Source: Blochmannia endosymbiont of Camponotus nipponensis (GTDB lineage: Bacteria; Pseudomonadota; Gammaproteobacteria; Enterobacterales; Enterobacteriaceae). From it: 32,000 nucleotides of DNA. The stretch lies in contig NZ_CP046534.1 of NCBI RefSeq assembly GCF_009827135.1, positions 480,001-512,000 of the forward strand, given 5' to 3'. Both the position numbers and the translations under genes were made by a program. The notes beneath the pieces are model-generated. The model did no database searches. It was not told the origin of the DNA and was given only the letters and a program-made list of their open reading frames with translations. Of this stretch, positions 20,554 through 32,000 are shown in pieces (position 1 is the first letter of the stretch; each line of letters starts with the position of its first letter).

Positions 20554-21099
20554 ATGGCTGATACTGTTAAGAAACGTTGGTATGTTATTCAGGCATTTTC
20601 TGGATTTGAGAATCGTGTGGCTCATTCTTTACGTGAACATATTAAATTACGTAATATGGGCACAATGTTTGGTGATATTATGGTGCCAACGGAAGAAGTA
20701 GTTGAAATGAGAGCTGGTCAACGTAGAAAAAGTGAACGTAAATTTTTTCCTGGTTATGTGTTAGTCCAAATGATAATGAATGATTCTAGTTGGCATTTAG
20801 TAAAAAGTATTCCGCGTGTTATGGGATTTGTTGGAGGAACGTGTGATAAACCTGCTCCTATCGGAGACAAGGAAGTTGATGCTATCGTTTATAGATTACA
20901 GCAAATAGGAGATAAACCTCGTCCTAAAACATTGTTTGAACCTGGTGAACTTATTAGAGTCAGTGATGGGCCTTTTTCTGATTTTAATGCTGTAGTAGAA
21001 GAAGTAGATTATGAAAAAAATCGGTTAAAAGTATCAGTGTCTATTTTTGGTCGAGCTACTCCTGTAGAGTTGGATTTTTCTCAAGTTGAAAAATCTTAG
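20554..21099 (+). CDS. nusG: Transcription termination/antitermination factor NusG
   Basis: [53 protein letters not shown], and the KOW-domain C-terminus [21 protein letters not shown] are nearly identical to E. coli NusG. Confidence 0.97.
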   Translation: MADTVKKRWYVIQAFSGFENRVAHSLREHIKLRNMGTMFGDIMVPTEEVVEMRAGQRRKSERKFFPGYVLVQMIMNDSSWHLVKSIPRVMGFVGGTCDKPAPIGDKEVDAIVYRLQQIGDKPRPKTLFEPGELIRVSDGPFSDFNAVVEEVDYEKNRLKVSVSIFGRATPVELDFSQVEKS

Positions 21100-21244
21100 T
21101 TGTATATTTTTTGAGAAAATTATGTATTTATGTATTTAAGCATATACGATTAAAAGTTAATTATTTTTGTGGTTGTAATTATTATGTAAAGTATCAAAAT
21201 AAAATCTGAAATGTTATTGATTATTATTTGTTAGGATAATGAAT
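21100..21244 (+). promoter_or_regulatory. Possible L11-operon leader (L1 autoregulatory target and promoter region)
   Basis: The argument is positional only. In E. coli the nusG-rplK spacer carries the L11 promoter and the L1 translational operator. The spacer here (145 nt) is similar in size. I could not verify any structure by eye. Confidence 0.2.
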
Positions 21245-21676
21245 ATGGTGACAAAAAAGGTAAAAGCGTGTATTAAACTGCAAATTTCTGCTGGAGCTGC
21301 TAATCCTAGCCCTCCTGTTGGACCTGCTTTAGGTCAACAAGGTGTGAATATCATGGAATTTTGTAAAGCATTTAATACTAATACCGCGACACTTGAAACA
21401 GGGCTGCCAATACCAGTTGTTATTACTGTGTATAATGATCGTTCTTTTTCCTTTGTTACTAAAACTCCTCCTGCTTCAATATTGTTAAAGAAAGCTGCAA
21501 ATATTTCATCTGGATCTGGAAAACCAAATATAATAAACATTGGTAAAATATCGCGTGATCAAATTTATGAGATCGCAAAAATTAAAGCTATTGATATGAC
21601 AGGTGCTAATATAGAATCGGTATCACGTTCTATTATAGGTACAGCTCGTTCTATAGGCCTCGAAGTGGAAGATTAA
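21245..21676 (+). CDS. rplK: 50S ribosomal protein L11
   Basis: [31 protein letters not shown] and [22 protein letters not shown] match E. coli L11. I chose ATG 21245 (AGGA 8 nt upstream, E. coli-length N-terminus) over the track's ATG 21239. Confidence 0.96.
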   Translation: MVTKKVKACIKLQISAGAANPSPPVGPALGQQGVNIMEFCKAFNTNTATLETGLPIPVVITVYNDRSFSFVTKTPPASILLKKAANISSGSGKPNIINIGKISRDQIYEIAKIKAIDMTGANIESVSRSIIGTARSIGLEVED

Positions 21677-21683
21677 TTGAGAT

Positions 21684-22391
21684 ATGATTAAGAAGTTAAG
21701 TAAAAGAATGCGTATGATAAAAAATTATGCAGATATATCTGTGCAATACAATGTGTTGGATGGATTAGAATTGTTAAAAAAAATGAAAAGAGTTAAGTTT
21801 GTTGAAAGTGTTGATATAGCTATCAATTTAGGAATTGATGCGCGTAAATCTGATCAACACGTACGTAGTAACGTGATTTTGCCACATGGTATTGGACGTG
21901 ATATTTACGTTGCTGTTTTTACTCAAGGTTCTAATATAGTATTAGCTAAAAATGCGGGAGCTGATTTAGTTGGTTTAGAAGATTTATATGATCAAATAAA
22001 AAAGGAAAAATATCGTTTAGATGTGGTTATTGCATCTCCTGACGTCATGCATGTAGTAAGTAAATTAGGTCCTATTTTGGGGCCGAAAGGTTTAATGCCT
22101 AATATTAAAATGGGTACTATATCTCATGATATAGCAGAATCGGTTAAAAATTTTAAATTAGGAAAAATACGTTATAAAAATGATAAAAATGGTATTATTC
22201 ATGCTACTATTGGAAAAATTGATTTTGATACTATACAACTCAAGGAAAATTTGGAAGCTTTAATAGTATCTTTAAGACAAGCTAAACCAGTTTTATATAA
22301 AGGAACGTATATCAAAAAAGTAACTATTTCTACTACTATGAGTAGATCGATAACTATTGATCAAAGTAGTTTATGTGTTACAATCAACTAA
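21684..22391 (+). CDS. rplA: 50S ribosomal protein L1
   Basis: [60 protein letters not shown] and YIKKV.ISTTM match E. coli L1. Confidence 0.96.
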   Translation: MIKKLSKRMRMIKNYADISVQYNVLDGLELLKKMKRVKFVESVDIAINLGIDARKSDQHVRSNVILPHGIGRDIYVAVFTQGSNIVLAKNAGADLVGLEDLYDQIKKEKYRLDVVIASPDVMHVVSKLGPILGPKGLMPNIKMGTISHDIAESVKNFKLGKIRYKNDKNGIIHATIGKIDFDTIQLKENLEALIVSLRQAKPVLYKGTYIKKVTISTTMSRSITIDQSSLCVTIN

Positions 22392-22813
22392 TTTTAATTG
22401 ATTTAATTGGCATGTTCTTTATATAATTTGTGATTAGTTTAATATGGATTAAACTGGGGTGTTTATTATTTTATTTTTGGTATGTTAATATAAATTTTGT
22501 AATTTTTAATGACAATAATATACTATAATCTATGGTAAATTTTAAAAAAAATTTAATCACATTGTTATGTAAAAACAATAGGGTTGATTTATATAGTAGA
22601 TATATATAGTTGGAATTTAACGCGTTTAATTATCATGTGTTTGTTATGTAGTTTAAGTAGTAGATAGCAGTAAACATTAATAAAGAAGTATCTTTTATAA
22701 TATAATATGAAAAATTGAAATTAAACATATTTATACAATTATTGTATGCTTTAGGCGTGTTATAGTTGTCGTGTTGCATATATATAAATTTAAATTACAA
22801 ATCGGTGTTATTA
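22392..22813 (+). promoter_or_regulatory. Probable rplJ (L10) leader / L10 promoter region
   Basis: This 422-nt untranslated spacer is close to the roughly 410-nt rplA-rplJ spacer I recall in E. coli, which holds the L10 promoter and the long leader bound by the L10-(L7/L12) complex. It is locally richer in G/C than other spacers (e.g. CTGGGGTG, AGGGTTG, AACGCG, GGCGTG). I did not verify any structure. Confidence 0.35.
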
Positions 22814-23305
22814 ATGGCATTAAGCCTTCAAAAAAAAGAAAAAATTGTCTTTAAAATGCGAGAAATAGCTCAAAAAGCTGTATCTACTGTGGTAGCATCT
22901 TTAGATGGTGTTGCTGTTAATGATATCACCAAATTAAGAAAGGCAGCACGCGATCTTGGTGTGTGTGTGTACGTTGTTAGAAATACATTAATGCGGAGAG
23001 TAATTGAACATACACCTTTGGCGTGTTTAGAAAAGTTTTTGACAGGACAAAACATTATTGCATTTTCTGTACATCAACCTCGTGATTCTGCGTGTGTTTT
23101 TGTGAATTTTTCTAAAAGTAATGAATGTTTTAAAATAAAAGGTGCAGTTTTTGAAGATAGATTAATTCCCGCATCAAAAATAAATTTCTTATCTAATTTA
23201 CTTAATCGTAAGGAAGCGATTTTTAGATTAATGACGGTTATGAAAATAAGTAGTATAGGAAATTTAATACGAATTTTATACATATTTTCTAATCAAAAAC
23301 ATTAA
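22814..23305 (+). CDS. rplJ: 50S ribosomal protein L10
   Basis: MALSLQKKEKIV.., LRKAARD.GV...VVRNTL.RR and FED.LIPAS.I are collinear with E. coli L10 (MALNLQDKQAIV..) and of similar length. The C-terminal L7/L12-binding helix is divergent. The track's TTG 22766 start is an over-extension. Confidence 0.92.
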   Translation: MALSLQKKEKIVFKMREIAQKAVSTVVASLDGVAVNDITKLRKAARDLGVCVYVVRNTLMRRVIEHTPLACLEKFLTGQNIIAFSVHQPRDSACVFVNFSKSNECFKIKGAVFEDRLIPASKINFLSNLLNRKEAIFRLMTVMKISSIGNLIRILYIFSNQKH

Positions 23306-23399
23306 ATGATAATTTATTAAAAATATTATGGATGTTTTTTAATAAATAGTGCTTTGATTATGTGATATTTTTTAATATTTTATATTTTTGGAGATTTTT

Positions 23400-23771
23400 A
23401 TGTCTCTTACAAAAGAACAAATTTTAGATGCTATTTCCAATATGTCTGTTATGGAAATAGTACGGTTAACTTCTATGATGGAAGAAAAATTTGGAGTTCC
23501 CGCTATTTCATCTACTACTGTTGAGCCTGATACATCAGAGGCAATTATAAAAGAAGAGCAAACCGAATTTAATGTTTTTTTAACTGCTATTGGTAATAAT
23601 AAAATTCCTGTGATTAAAACTGTGCGCAGTATTACTGGTTTAGGGTTAAAAGAAGCAAAAGAATTAGTGGAATCTGCTCCTGTTATTTTAAAAGAATCAA
23701 TAAGTAAAGATGACGCTGAAATTCTAAAAAAAACTTTGGAAACAGTAGGTGCCTCTGTCGAAATTAAATGA
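23400..23771 (+). CDS. rplL: 50S ribosomal protein L7/L12
   Basis: [28 protein letters not shown] and the C-terminal domain [35 protein letters not shown] match E. coli L7/L12. GGAGA lies 5 nt upstream of ATG 23400. Confidence 0.96.
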   Translation: MSLTKEQILDAISNMSVMEIVRLTSMMEEKFGVPAISSTTVEPDTSEAIIKEEQTEFNVFLTAIGNNKIPVIKTVRSITGLGLKEAKELVESAPVILKESISKDDAEILKKTLETVGASVEIK

Positions 23772-23796
23772 AGATAAATTAATAATATAATTTCTT

Positions 23797-23824
23797 ATTG
23801 GTTTATTGGTTTATTGGTTTATTG
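23797..23824. repeat. Tandem 8-bp repeat ATTGGTTT x3.5 in the rplL-rpoB spacer
   Basis: Read directly from the sequence: attggttt attggttt attggttt attg, beginning 25 nt after the rplL stop codon. Confidence 0.9.
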
Positions 23825-24052
23825 ATTATGGGGTTTTCATACCATTTTATGTATAGAATGCGATGTTTAGTGCACAGTGAATGAATTATGGCATTGCAAT
23901 ATTTTAGTATATTAAAAATAAAAGTATGTGAACGCTTTATGTATCTGAATTTAAGTTAATAGATAGTAAACTATACAACTATGCTACTGTATAACAGTAG
24001 CCAACTTATTTATTTGGAAATGATAGTCCATATTAATTAATTGAGGAACTGT

Positions 24053-27000
24053 ATGGTATATTCTTGTACTGAAAAGAAACGCATTCGTAAAGATTTTGGA
24101 AAACGTCCTCAAGTATTGGATATTCCGTATCTTCTTGCTATTCAGCTAGATTCTTTTCAAAAATTTATCAAAAAAGATCCAGAAGGACAATATGGATTAG
24201 AAGCAGCTTTTAGATCTATTTTTCCCATTAAAAGCTATAATGGCAATGCTGAACTACAATATATAAACTATCAATTAGGAGAACCTGCATTTGATGTAAA
24301 AGAATGTCAGACACGTGGTGCCACTTTTTCTGCGCCTTTACGTGTGCGTTTATGTTTAATTGTTTATGAACGGGATGGATTGGACAGTGTAGTTAAAAAT
24401 ACTAAGGAACAAGAAGTATACATGGGTGAAATTCCACTCATGACGAATAATGGTACTTTTGTGATTAATGGTATTGAACGAGTGATTGTTTCTCAGTTAC
24501 ACAGGAGCCCTGGTGTATTTTTCGATAGTGATAAAGGTAAAACACATTCATCTGGTAAAGTATTGTACAATGCACGTATTATTCCATATCGTGGATCTTG
24601 GTTAGATTTTGAATTTGATTTAAAAGATAATCTATTTGTTCGAATTGATAGGAGAAGAAAGTTACCAGTAACAGTAATGTTACGCGCCTTAAATTATACT
24701 ACTGATCAAATTTTAAATATGTTTTTTAATAAAGTAGTATACGAAATCCAGAATAATATATTATATATGCATTTGGTGCCTGAAAGATTACGTGGTGAAA
24801 CAACATCTTTTGATATTGTTGTTAATGATGTGATATATGTAAAAAAGGGATGTCGTGTTACAGCCAAACATATTAATCAATTAAAAAAAGATAATATTTC
24901 AAAGATTGAAGTACCCAAAGATTATATAATTGGTAAGGTTGTTATAAAAGATTATTTTAATAAAAATACAAACATACCTATTGTTACAGCTAATACAGAA
25001 ATATCTGAGGATATATTGCATAATTTAATTCAATCAGGCTATAATTTTATAGAAACGTTGTTTAGTAATGATTTAGATTACGGTAATTATATATCTGAAA
25101 CTTTGCGTATTGACACAACTACTAATCGATTTGATGCATTGGTAGAAATTTATCGTGTGATGCGCCCTGGGGAGCCTCCTACTAAAGAAGCCGCTGAATA
25201 TTTATTTGAAAATTTGTTTTTCTTAGAAGAGCGTTACGATTTATCTGCTGTAGGAAGAATGAAATTTAATAGTTCATTACAACGAGTACACATAGAAGGT
25301 GTCGGAGTATTAAAAAAAGATGATATTGTTGATGTGATAAAAAAATTGATTGATATTAGAAACGGTAAAGGAGAAGTAGATGATATTGATCACTTGGGAA
25401 ATCGACGTATTCGTTCTGTGGGTGAAATGGCAGAAAATCAATTTAGAATTGGATTAGTTAGGGTAGAACGTGCGGTAAAAGAACGATTATCTTTAAGTGA
25501 TTTAGATATACTGACTCCTCAAGATTTAATTAATGCTAAACCTATTTCAGCTGCAATAAGAGAATTTTTTACTTCTAGTCAATTATCTCAATTTATGGAT
25601 CAAAATAATCCATTGTCAGAAATTACTCATAAACGTCGTATATCTGCTTTAGGACCAGGAGGTTTAACTAGAGAACGTGCAGGATTTGAAGTACGTGATG
25701 TCCATCCTACACATTATGGTCGAGTTTGTCCAATAGAAACGCCAGAAGGACCAAATATAGGTTTAATTAATTCATTATCTGTATATGCTCGAGCTAATGA
25801 GTATGGATTTTTAGAGACTCCATATCGTAAAGTTCAAAATAGTGTTGTTAGTAACGACATTCATTATTTATCTGCAATTGAAGAGGGTAATTTTGTTATT
25901 GCCCAAGCAAATACAAATTTGAATTCAAAAGGGGAATTTATTGATGATTTAGTAACTTGTAGAAATAAAGGAGAATCTGGTCTTTTTAAAAAAGATCAAG
26001 TTGACTACATGGATGTTTCTACGCAACAAATAGTTTCCGTTGCTGCTTCATTAATTCCTTTTCTTGAGCATGATGATGCTAATCGCGCTCTCATGGGCGC
26101 AAACATGCAACGTCAAGCTGTTCCTGTCTTATGTAGTGAAAAACCATTAGTAGGTACTGGAATGGAACGTGCTGTGGCTATAGATTCCGGTGTTACTGTA
26201 GTAGCTAAACGTGGTGGTATCGTGAAATATGTAGATGCATCACGTATTGTGATACATGTCAATCAAGTTGAAATACATACTGAAGGGTCAGGTATTGATA
26301 TTTATCGTTTAACAAAATATATTCGATCTAATCAAAATACTTGTATTAATCAACGACCTTGTGTGTCTTTAGAGGAATTAGTAGAACATGGAGATGTTAT
26401 AGCAGATGGTCCATCTACTGATTTAGGAGAATTAGCTTTAGGTCAAAATATGCGCATAGCCTTTATGCCTTGGAATGGATATAATTTTGAAGATTCGATG
26501 TTAGTATCAGAACGTGTGGTACAAGAAGATATATTTACAAGTATACATATTCAAGAATTAACTTGTGTCTCTCGTGATACTAAATTGGGATCTGAAGAAA
26601 TTACAGCTGATATTCCAAATGTAGGAGAAACAGCTTTATCTAAATTAGATGAATCTGGAATTATTTATATTGGGGCAGAAGTGATTGGAGGAGATATTCT
26701 TGTTGGAAAAGTTACACCCAAAGGAGAAACTCAATTAACACCAGAAGAAAAATTACTACGTGCTATTTTTGGTGAAAAAGCCTCTGATGTGAAAGATTCA
26801 TCTTTGCGTGTTCCTAATGGAGTATGTGGAACTGTAATTGATGTACAAATATTTACTAGAGATGGCATTAACAAAGATAAACGTTCGTTAATAATTGAAT
26901 CTTTAAAATTAGAGCAAGTTCAAAAAGATTTAAGTGAAGAATTACAAATTTTTGAATCAGCTTTATTTGAGCGTGTCTATGATATATTGATTGCTAGTGG

Positions 27001-28078
27001 ATTTGAAAAAAAGAAATTGTTTGAAATTACCCGTAACTCTTGGTTTAACCTGGTATTATCAGATGCAGATAAACAACATCAATTATCTCAGTTAACTAAA
27101 CAGTACTTCGATTTAAAACGTATATTTGAAAAAAAAACAGAAATTCAATATCGTAAAATTACTCAAGGAGATGAATTAGCTCCTGGTATATTAAAAATAG
27201 TTAAAGTATATTTAGCTGTAAAACGCCAGATCCAACCTGGTGACAAAATGGCAGGTCGACATGGAAATAAAGGAGTAATTTCTAAGATTAATCCTATTGA
27301 AGATATGCCGTACGATCAACACGGTGTACCGGTAGATATAGTGCTTAATCCTCTTGGAGTACCGTCTCGAATGAATATTGGCCAAATTTTAGAAACCCAT
27401 CTTGGTATGGCAGCAAAAGGTATTGGAGATAAAATAAATTTCATGCTGCAACAACATAAAGAAGCAAATCAATTAAGAAAGTTTATTCAACAAGCATATA
27501 ATTTAGGAGAAGGATCACGTCAACGTGTTGATCTTAGTAAATTTTCGGACGTAGAAATACTACAGTTAGCTAATAATTTAAAAAAAGGCATGCCTATTGC
27601 TACTCCAGTATTCGATGGTGCTACAGAAAAGGAAATTAAAGACCTTTTACAATTATCTGGTTTACCTACTTCTGGTCAGATTACATTATTTGATGGATGT
27701 ACAGGAGAAGTATTCGAAAGACAAGTTACTGTAGGTTATATGTATATGTTGAAATTAAATCATCTAGTAGATGATAAAATGCATGCACGTTCTACTGGAT
27801 CCTATAGTTTAGTGACTCAACAACCGTTAGGCGGAAAAGCTCAATTTGGTGGTCAACGTTTTGGTGAAATGGAAGTATGGGCGTTAGAAGCGTATGGTGC
27901 ATCATATACTTTGCAAGAAATGTTAACTGTAAAATCAGATGATGTAAATGGACGTACTAAAATGTATAAAAATATTGTTGATGGAAATCATACAATGGAA
28001 CCTGGGATGCCTGAGTCTTTTAATGTATTATTAAAAGAAATTCGTTCTTTGGCAATTAATATTGAACTAGAAGATTAA
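24053..28078 (+). CDS. rpoB: DNA-directed RNA polymerase subunit beta
   Basis: [28 protein letters not shown].. is collinear with E. coli RpoB over about 1341 aa, including both lineage-specific insertions. The Rif cluster [31 protein letters not shown] is wild-type. GAGGA lies 5 nt upstream of ATG 24053, and the track's TTG 24041 start is an over-extension. Confidence 0.98.
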   Translation: MVYSCTEKKRIRKDFGKRPQVLDIPYLLAIQLDSFQKFIKKDPEGQYGLEAAFRSIFPIKSYNGNAELQYINYQLGEPAFDVKECQTRGATFSAPLRVRLCLIVYERDGLDSVVKNTKEQEVYMGEIPLMTNNGTFVINGIERVIVSQLHRSPGVFFDSDKGKTHSSGKVLYNARIIPYRGSWLDFEFDLKDNLFVRIDRRRKLPVTVMLRALNYTTDQILNMFFNKVVYEIQNNILYMHLVPERLRGETTSFDIVVNDVIYVKKGCRVTAKHINQLKKDNISKIEVPKDYIIGKVVIKDYFNKNTNIPIVTANTEISEDILHNLIQSGYNFIETLFSNDLDYGNYISETLRIDTTTNRFDALVEIYRVMRPGEPPTKEAAEYLFENLFFLEERYDLSAVGRMKFNSSLQRVHIEGVGVLKKDDIVDVIKKLIDIRNGKGEVDDIDHLGNRRIRSVGEMAENQFRIGLVRVERAVKERLSLSDLDILTPQDLINAKPISAAIREFFTSSQLSQFMDQNNPLSEITHKRRISALGPGGLTRERAGFEVRDVHPTHYGRVCPIETPEGPNIGLINSLSVYARANEYGFLETPYRKVQNSVVSNDIHYLSAIEEGNFVIAQANTNLNSKGEFIDDLVTCRNKGESGLFKKDQVDYMDVSTQQIVSVAASLIPFLEHDDANRALMGANMQRQAVPVLCSEKPLVGTGMERAVAIDSGVTVVAKRGGIVKYVDASRIVIHVNQVEIHTEGSGIDIYRLTKYIRSNQNTCINQRPCVSLEELVEHGDVIADGPSTDLGELALGQNMRIAFMPWNGYNFEDSMLVSERVVQEDIFTSIHIQELTCVSRDTKLGSEEITADIPNVGETALSKLDESGIIYIGAEVIGGDILVGKVTPKGETQLTPEEKLLRAIFGEKASDVKDSSLRVPNGVCGTVIDVQIFTRDGINKDKRSLIIESLKLEQVQKDLSEELQIFESALFERVYDILIASGFEKKKLFEITRNSWFNLVLSDADKQHQLSQLTKQYFDLKRIFEKKTEIQYRKITQGDELAPGILKIVKVYLAVKRQIQPGDKMAGRHGNKGVISKINPIEDMPYDQHGVPVDIVLNPLGVPSRMNIGQILETHLGMAAKGIGDKINFMLQQHKEANQLRKFIQQAYNLGEGSRQRVDLSKFSDVEILQLANNLKKGMPIATPVFDGATEKEIKDLLQLSGLPTSGQITLFDGCTGEVFERQVTVGYMYMLKLNHLVDDKMHARSTGSYSLVTQQPLGGKAQFGGQRFGEMEVWALEAYGASYTLQEMLTVKSDDVNGRTKMYKNIVDGNHTMEPGMPESFNVLLKEIRSLAINIELED

Positions 28079-28170
28079 TATTTTTAAGTGATATATATAT
28101 ATGAATATATTGTATTTAATTATATAGTATTTATGTATGCAACAGGTATAACTCTAATAAAGGCTCTTCT

Positions 28171-31100
28171 GTGAAAGATTTACTTAGATTTTTTAATATA
28201 CAACAACATACGCAAATAGAAGAATTTAATGCTATTAAAATTGCACTTGCTTCTCCAGACATGATTAGATCTTGGTCTTTTGGTGAAGTAAAAAAACCAG
28301 AAACTATTAATTATCGTACTTTTAAACCTGAACGAGATGGTTTGTTTTGCGCACGCATTTTTGGGCCTATTAAAGATTATGAGTGCTTGTGTGGTAAATA
28401 TAAGCGTCTAAAACATCGTGGGGTGGTTTGTGAGAAATGTGGAGTAGAAGTAACGCAAAGCAAAGTAAGACGTGAACGTATGGGACATATTGAATTGGCA
28501 TCTCCTACTGCTCATATTTGGTTTCTGAAATCTTTACCATCACGTATTGGTTTATTATTGGATATGCCGTTACGTGATATAGAACGTGTTTTATATTTTG
28601 AATCTTATGTGGTCGTTGAAAGTGGCATGACTAATCTTGAATGCCGTCAGATATTAACTGAAGAAGAGTATTTAGATGCATTGGAGGAATTTGGAGATGA
28701 ATTTGAAGCCAAAATGGGAGCTGAAGCTATTCAAATTTTATTAAAAAATATAAATTTAAAAAATGAATGCGAATTCTTACGGGAAATATTAGAAGACAGT
28801 AATTCTGAGACCAAACGTAAAAAAATAACAAAACGTATAAAATTAATTGAATCATTTATTTATTCTGAAAATAAGCCTGAATGGATGATATTAAATGTAT
28901 TGCCAGTGTTACCTCCAGATTTAAGACCATTAGTTCCTTTAGATGGAGGACGTTTTGCTACTTCTGATTTAAACGATTTGTATCGTCGTGTTATTAATAG
29001 AAATAACAGATTAAAACGGTTACTAGATTTATCTGCTCCAGACATTATAGTACGTAATGAAAAAAGAATGCTGCAAGAGGCGGTAGATGCTTTATTAGAT
29101 AATGGGCGTAGAGGTCGTGCAATTACTGGTTCCAATAAACGTCCTTTGAAATCTTTAGCTGATATGATTAAAGGTAAACAAGGTAGATTTCGTCAGAATC
29201 TTTTAGGAAAACGTGTTGATTATTCTGGTCGTTCAGTGATTACTGTTGGGCCATATTTAAAATTGCACCAATGTGGATTACCTAAAAAAATGGCGTTAGA
29301 ATTATTTAAACCATTTATTTATGGAAAATTAGAGCTGCAAGGATTTGCTAGTACTATTAAAGCCGCTAAAAAAATGGTAGATCGAGAAGAATCTGTGGTA
29401 TGGGATATCCTGGATAATGTAATTAGAGAGCATCCAGTTATGTTAAATCGTGCTCCTACATTACATAGATTAGGAATTCAAGCTTTTGAACCGGTATTAG
29501 TAGAAGGAAAAGCTATTCAATTGCATCCATTAGTTTGCGCTGCTTATAACGCTGATTTTGATGGAGATCAAATGGCAGTGCATGTACCGTTAACTTTAGA
29601 GGCCCAATTAGAAGCTAGGGCTTTAATGATGTCCACCAATAATATTTTATCTCCTGCTAATGGAGAGCCTATTATTGTACCATCACAAGATGTGGTATTA
29701 GGTTTGTATTATATGACTCGTGAACGTGCAAATTCTAAAGGTGAGGGGATGATATTAACTGGCCCAAAAGAAGCGGAATATCTGTATCGTTTAGGTGTGG
29801 CTGAGTTACATGCTCGTATTAAAATACGTATTACTGAATATGAATATGATAAAAATGGAGAGTGCCTAGAAAAAAGGAATCTTGTAAATAGTACAATAGG
29901 ACGTGCTATATTTTGGATGATCGTTCCTAAAGGGTTGCCATTTATATTGGTTAACCAAGTATTAGGGAAGAAAGCTATATCTACAATGTTGAATAGTTGC
30001 TATCGTTTGCTAGGATTAAAAGCTACTGTTATCTTAGCTGATCAAATTATGTATACTGGTTTTGCGTATGCTGCTCGTTCTGGAGCTTCTGTTGGTATTG
30101 ATGATATGATTATTCCTGTAAAAAAAGCTGATATAATCGATGAAGCAGAATCTGAGGTAGCTGAAATACAGGAACAATTCCAAACCGGATTAGTGACAGC
30201 TGGAGAACGTTATAATAAGGTTATTGACATTTGGGCCGCGGCTAACGAACGTGTTGCTCAAGCAATGATGGATAATTTAGCCACTGAAACAGTGATGAAT
30301 AGAAATGGACAATTAGAAACTCAGGCGTCATTCAATAATATTTTTATGATGGCAGATTCTGGGGCTCGTGGATCGGCAGCACAAATCCGACAACTTGCTG
30401 GTATGCGTGGTTTAATGGCAAAACCAGATGGATCAATTATTGAGACACCTATCACTGCAAATTTTAGGGAAGGACTAAATGTATTACAGTATTTTATTTC
30501 TACACATGGAGCGCGTAAAGGATTAGCTGATACTGCTTTAAAAACAGCTAATTCTGGTTATTTAACACGTCGTTTAGTAGATGTAGCACAAGACTTAGTA
30601 ATTACACAAGATGATTGTAATACATTTTATGGTATCGTAATGAGTCCTGTTATTGAAGGCGGAGATGTAAAAGAACCATTGCGAGAACGTGTATTAGGTA
30701 GAGTTTTGGCGGAAGATATCTTAGAGTCTAATGAAAATAATAAAGTATTAATTGCGCGTAATACTTTATTAGATGAATACTGGTGTGATATTTTAGATGA
30801 ACATTCAGTTGATACTGTCAAAGTACGATCTGTTGTAACTTGTGATACTGATTTTGGTGTATGTTCTAAATGTTATGGTAGAGATTTGGCTCGAGGTCAA
30901 CTTGTAAATAAAGGGGAAGCGGTTGGTGTTATTGCCGCTCAATCTATTGGAGAGCCAGGTACTCAATTAACTATGCGTACTTTTCATATTGGTGGAGCAG
31001 CCTCTCGCTCTGTTTTAGAATCAAGTATTCAAGTTAAAAATAAGGGTACTATTAATTTTAAAAATATAAAATCTGTGATAAATGGAGAAGGAAAATTAGT

Positions 31101-32000
31101 AGTTACATCTCGTAATACTGAGTTAAAAATTGTTGACCAATTTTTTCGAACTAAAGAGAGCTATAAAGTACCTTATGGAGCTATAATAACTAAGAGAAAT
31201 GGTGAAGAAGTAACTCACGGAGAAATAGTAGCTTATTGGGATCCACATACTATGCCGGTGATTGCGGAGGTAAGTGGATTTATTCGATTCATTGACATGA
31301 TAGATGGACAGAGTATTTTTAAACAAACGGATGAACTCACAGGATTAACCTCTATTGTGATATTAGATACTTCTGAGCGTGTGAGTGGAGCTAAAGATTT
31401 AAGACCTACATTAAAAATAGTAGATGTTAATGGTTATGATATTTTTATTCCAGGGACAGATGTTCCTGTCCAATATTTTTTACCTGGTAAAAGTGTTATT
31501 CAATTAGTTGATGGATCCAGAATTATTTCTGGAGATGTATTGGCGAGATTATCGCATGAAAGTAGTGGTACTAAAGATATTACTGGTGGTTTACCTCGTG
31601 TTGCTGATCTTTTTGAAGCACGTCGCCCAAAGGAATCAGCAATTTTAGCGGAAATTAGTGGGATAGTTTCTTTTGGAAAGGAAACTAAAGGTAAACGTCG
31701 TTTAATGATATCTCCCATGGACGATTGTGGTGATGTTTATGAGGAAATGATTCCAAAATGGCGTCACCTTAATGTTTTCGAAGGTGAATACGTAGATCGT
31801 GGAGATGTTATTTCTGATGGCCCGGAATCTCCGCATGATATTTTAAGATTACGTGGAGTACATGCAGTAACTCGTTATATTGTAAATGAAGTACAAGATG
31901 TTTATCGTTTACAGGGAGTAAGAATTAATGATAAACATATTGAAGTTATTGTACGTCAAATGTTACGAAAAGCTACTGTGATTCGATCAGGAAGTTCTGA
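28171..32000 (+). CDS. rpoC: DNA-directed RNA polymerase subunit beta', 3'-truncated by the window edge
   Basis: It is absent from the ORF track because it has no stop within the window. It has a GTG start, as in E. coli. [66 protein letters not shown].., the Zn finger [20 protein letters not shown], the catalytic NADFDGDQM, and the trigger loop/SI3 region are all present and in frame to nt 32000. Confidence 0.97.
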   Translation, partial: MKDLLRFFNIQQHTQIEEFNAIKIALASPDMIRSWSFGEVKKPETINYRTFKPERDGLFCARIFGPIKDYECLCGKYKRLKHRGVVCEKCGVEVTQSKVRRERMGHIELASPTAHIWFLKSLPSRIGLLLDMPLRDIERVLYFESYVVVESGMTNLECRQILTEEEYLDALEEFGDEFEAKMGAEAIQILLKNINLKNECEFLREILEDSNSETKRKKITKRIKLIESFIYSENKPEWMILNVLPVLPPDLRPLVPLDGGRFATSDLNDLYRRVINRNNRLKRLLDLSAPDIIVRNEKRMLQEAVDALLDNGRRGRAITGSNKRPLKSLADMIKGKQGRFRQNLLGKRVDYSGRSVITVGPYLKLHQCGLPKKMALELFKPFIYGKLELQGFASTIKAAKKMVDREESVVWDILDNVIREHPVMLNRAPTLHRLGIQAFEPVLVEGKAIQLHPLVCAAYNADFDGDQMAVHVPLTLEAQLEARALMMSTNNILSPANGEPIIVPSQDVVLGLYYMTRERANSKGEGMILTGPKEAEYLYRLGVAELHARIKIRITEYEYDKNGECLEKRNLVNSTIGRAIFWMIVPKGLPFILVNQVLGKKAISTMLNSCYRLLGLKATVILADQIMYTGFAYAARSGASVGIDDMIIPVKKADIIDEAESEVAEIQEQFQTGLVTAGERYNKVIDIWAAANERVAQAMMDNLATETVMNRNGQLETQASFNNIFMMADSGARGSAAQIRQLAGMRGLMAKPDGSIIETPITANFREGLNVLQYFISTHGARKGLADTALKTANSGYLTRRLVDVAQDLVITQDDCNTFYGIVMSPVIEGGDVKEPLRERVLGRVLAEDILESNENNKVLIARNTLLDEYWCDILDEHSVDTVKVRSVVTCDTDFGVCSKCYGRDLARGQLVNKGEAVGVIAAQSIGEPGTQLTMRTFHIGGAASRSVLESSIQVKNKGTINFKNIKSVINGEGKLVVTSRNTELKIVDQFFRTKESYKVPYGAIITKRNGEEVTHGEIVAYWDPHTMPVIAEVSGFIRFIDMIDGQSIFKQTDELTGLTSIVILDTSERVSGAKDLRPTLKIVDVNGYDIFIPGTDVPVQYFLPGKSVIQLVDGSRIISGDVLARLSHESSGTKDITGGLPRVADLFEARRPKESAILAEISGIVSFGKETKGKRRLMISPMDDCGDVYEEMIPKWRHLNVFEGEYVDRGDVISDGPESPHDILRLRGVHAVTRYIVNEVQDVYRLQGVRINDKHIEVIVRQMLRKATVIRSGSS

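Noticed and set aside
20498-20701. A 67-aa + strand ORF spanning the secE end and the nusG start.
   Set aside because: It is out of frame with both conserved genes and has no SD. Its sequence is a frame-shifted reading of secE/nusG.
1-32000. A search across the whole window for mobile elements, CRISPR arrays, tRNA/rRNA genes, defence or toxin-antitoxin modules, and an alternative genetic code.
   Set aside because: I saw no transposase- or integrase-like ORFs, no terminal inverted repeats flanking cargo, and no regularly spaced repeats. No G/C-rich cloverleaf-like segments occur in the spacers. TGA terminates uvrD, tuf and rplL, so the code is standard. Every ORF of 100 aa or more is a conserved housekeeping gene.

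Overview
This window is a run of core housekeeping genes from a very AT-rich, reduced gammaproteobacterial genome of enterobacterial descent. The proteins align almost residue for residue with E. coli orthologues that I recall from memory. The composition, gene set and eroded spacers resemble insect endosymbionts such as Blochmannia, but that taxon call is inference only. I support 23 apparently intact protein genes: uvrD (5' partial), corA, yigL, yhgN(-), asd, nfuA(-), aroK, aroB, rpe, trpS, pabA, rpsL, rpsG, fusA, tuf, secE, nusG, rplK, rplA, rplJ, rplL, rpoB and rpoC (3' partial). rpoC is missing from the ORF track because it runs off the window end. Several ORF-track starts are TTG/GTG over-extensions, and I moved them to the homology-supported ATG. 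TGA is used as a stop codon, so the genetic code is standard. I found no rRNA, tRNA, CRISPR array, IS or transposon, prophage, defence or toxin-antitoxin genes, and no convincing undescribed multi-gene system. This is an ordinary core region shaped by genome reduction. The items worth a second look are: (1) the str operon joins directly to secE-nusG-rplKAJL-rpoBC through one tuf gene, the signature of tufA/tufB recombination; (2) two ORF-free, nearly G/C-free spacers of about 1.4 kb and 2.0 kb sit where E. coli has tens of kb of genes; (3) the larger spacer holds an SD-preceded 24-codon hydrophobic ORF whose N-terminus (MKSLF) and position match the fkpA signal peptide; (4) damX-dam and gph are missing from the otherwise conserved aroK-aroB-(damX-dam)-rpe-(gph)-trpS cluster; (5) UvrD lacks its C-terminal tail; (6) coding poly(A) tracts repeatedly reach 9 A but never exceed it. 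All comparisons to E. coli rely on recalled sequences and gene order, not on a database search.
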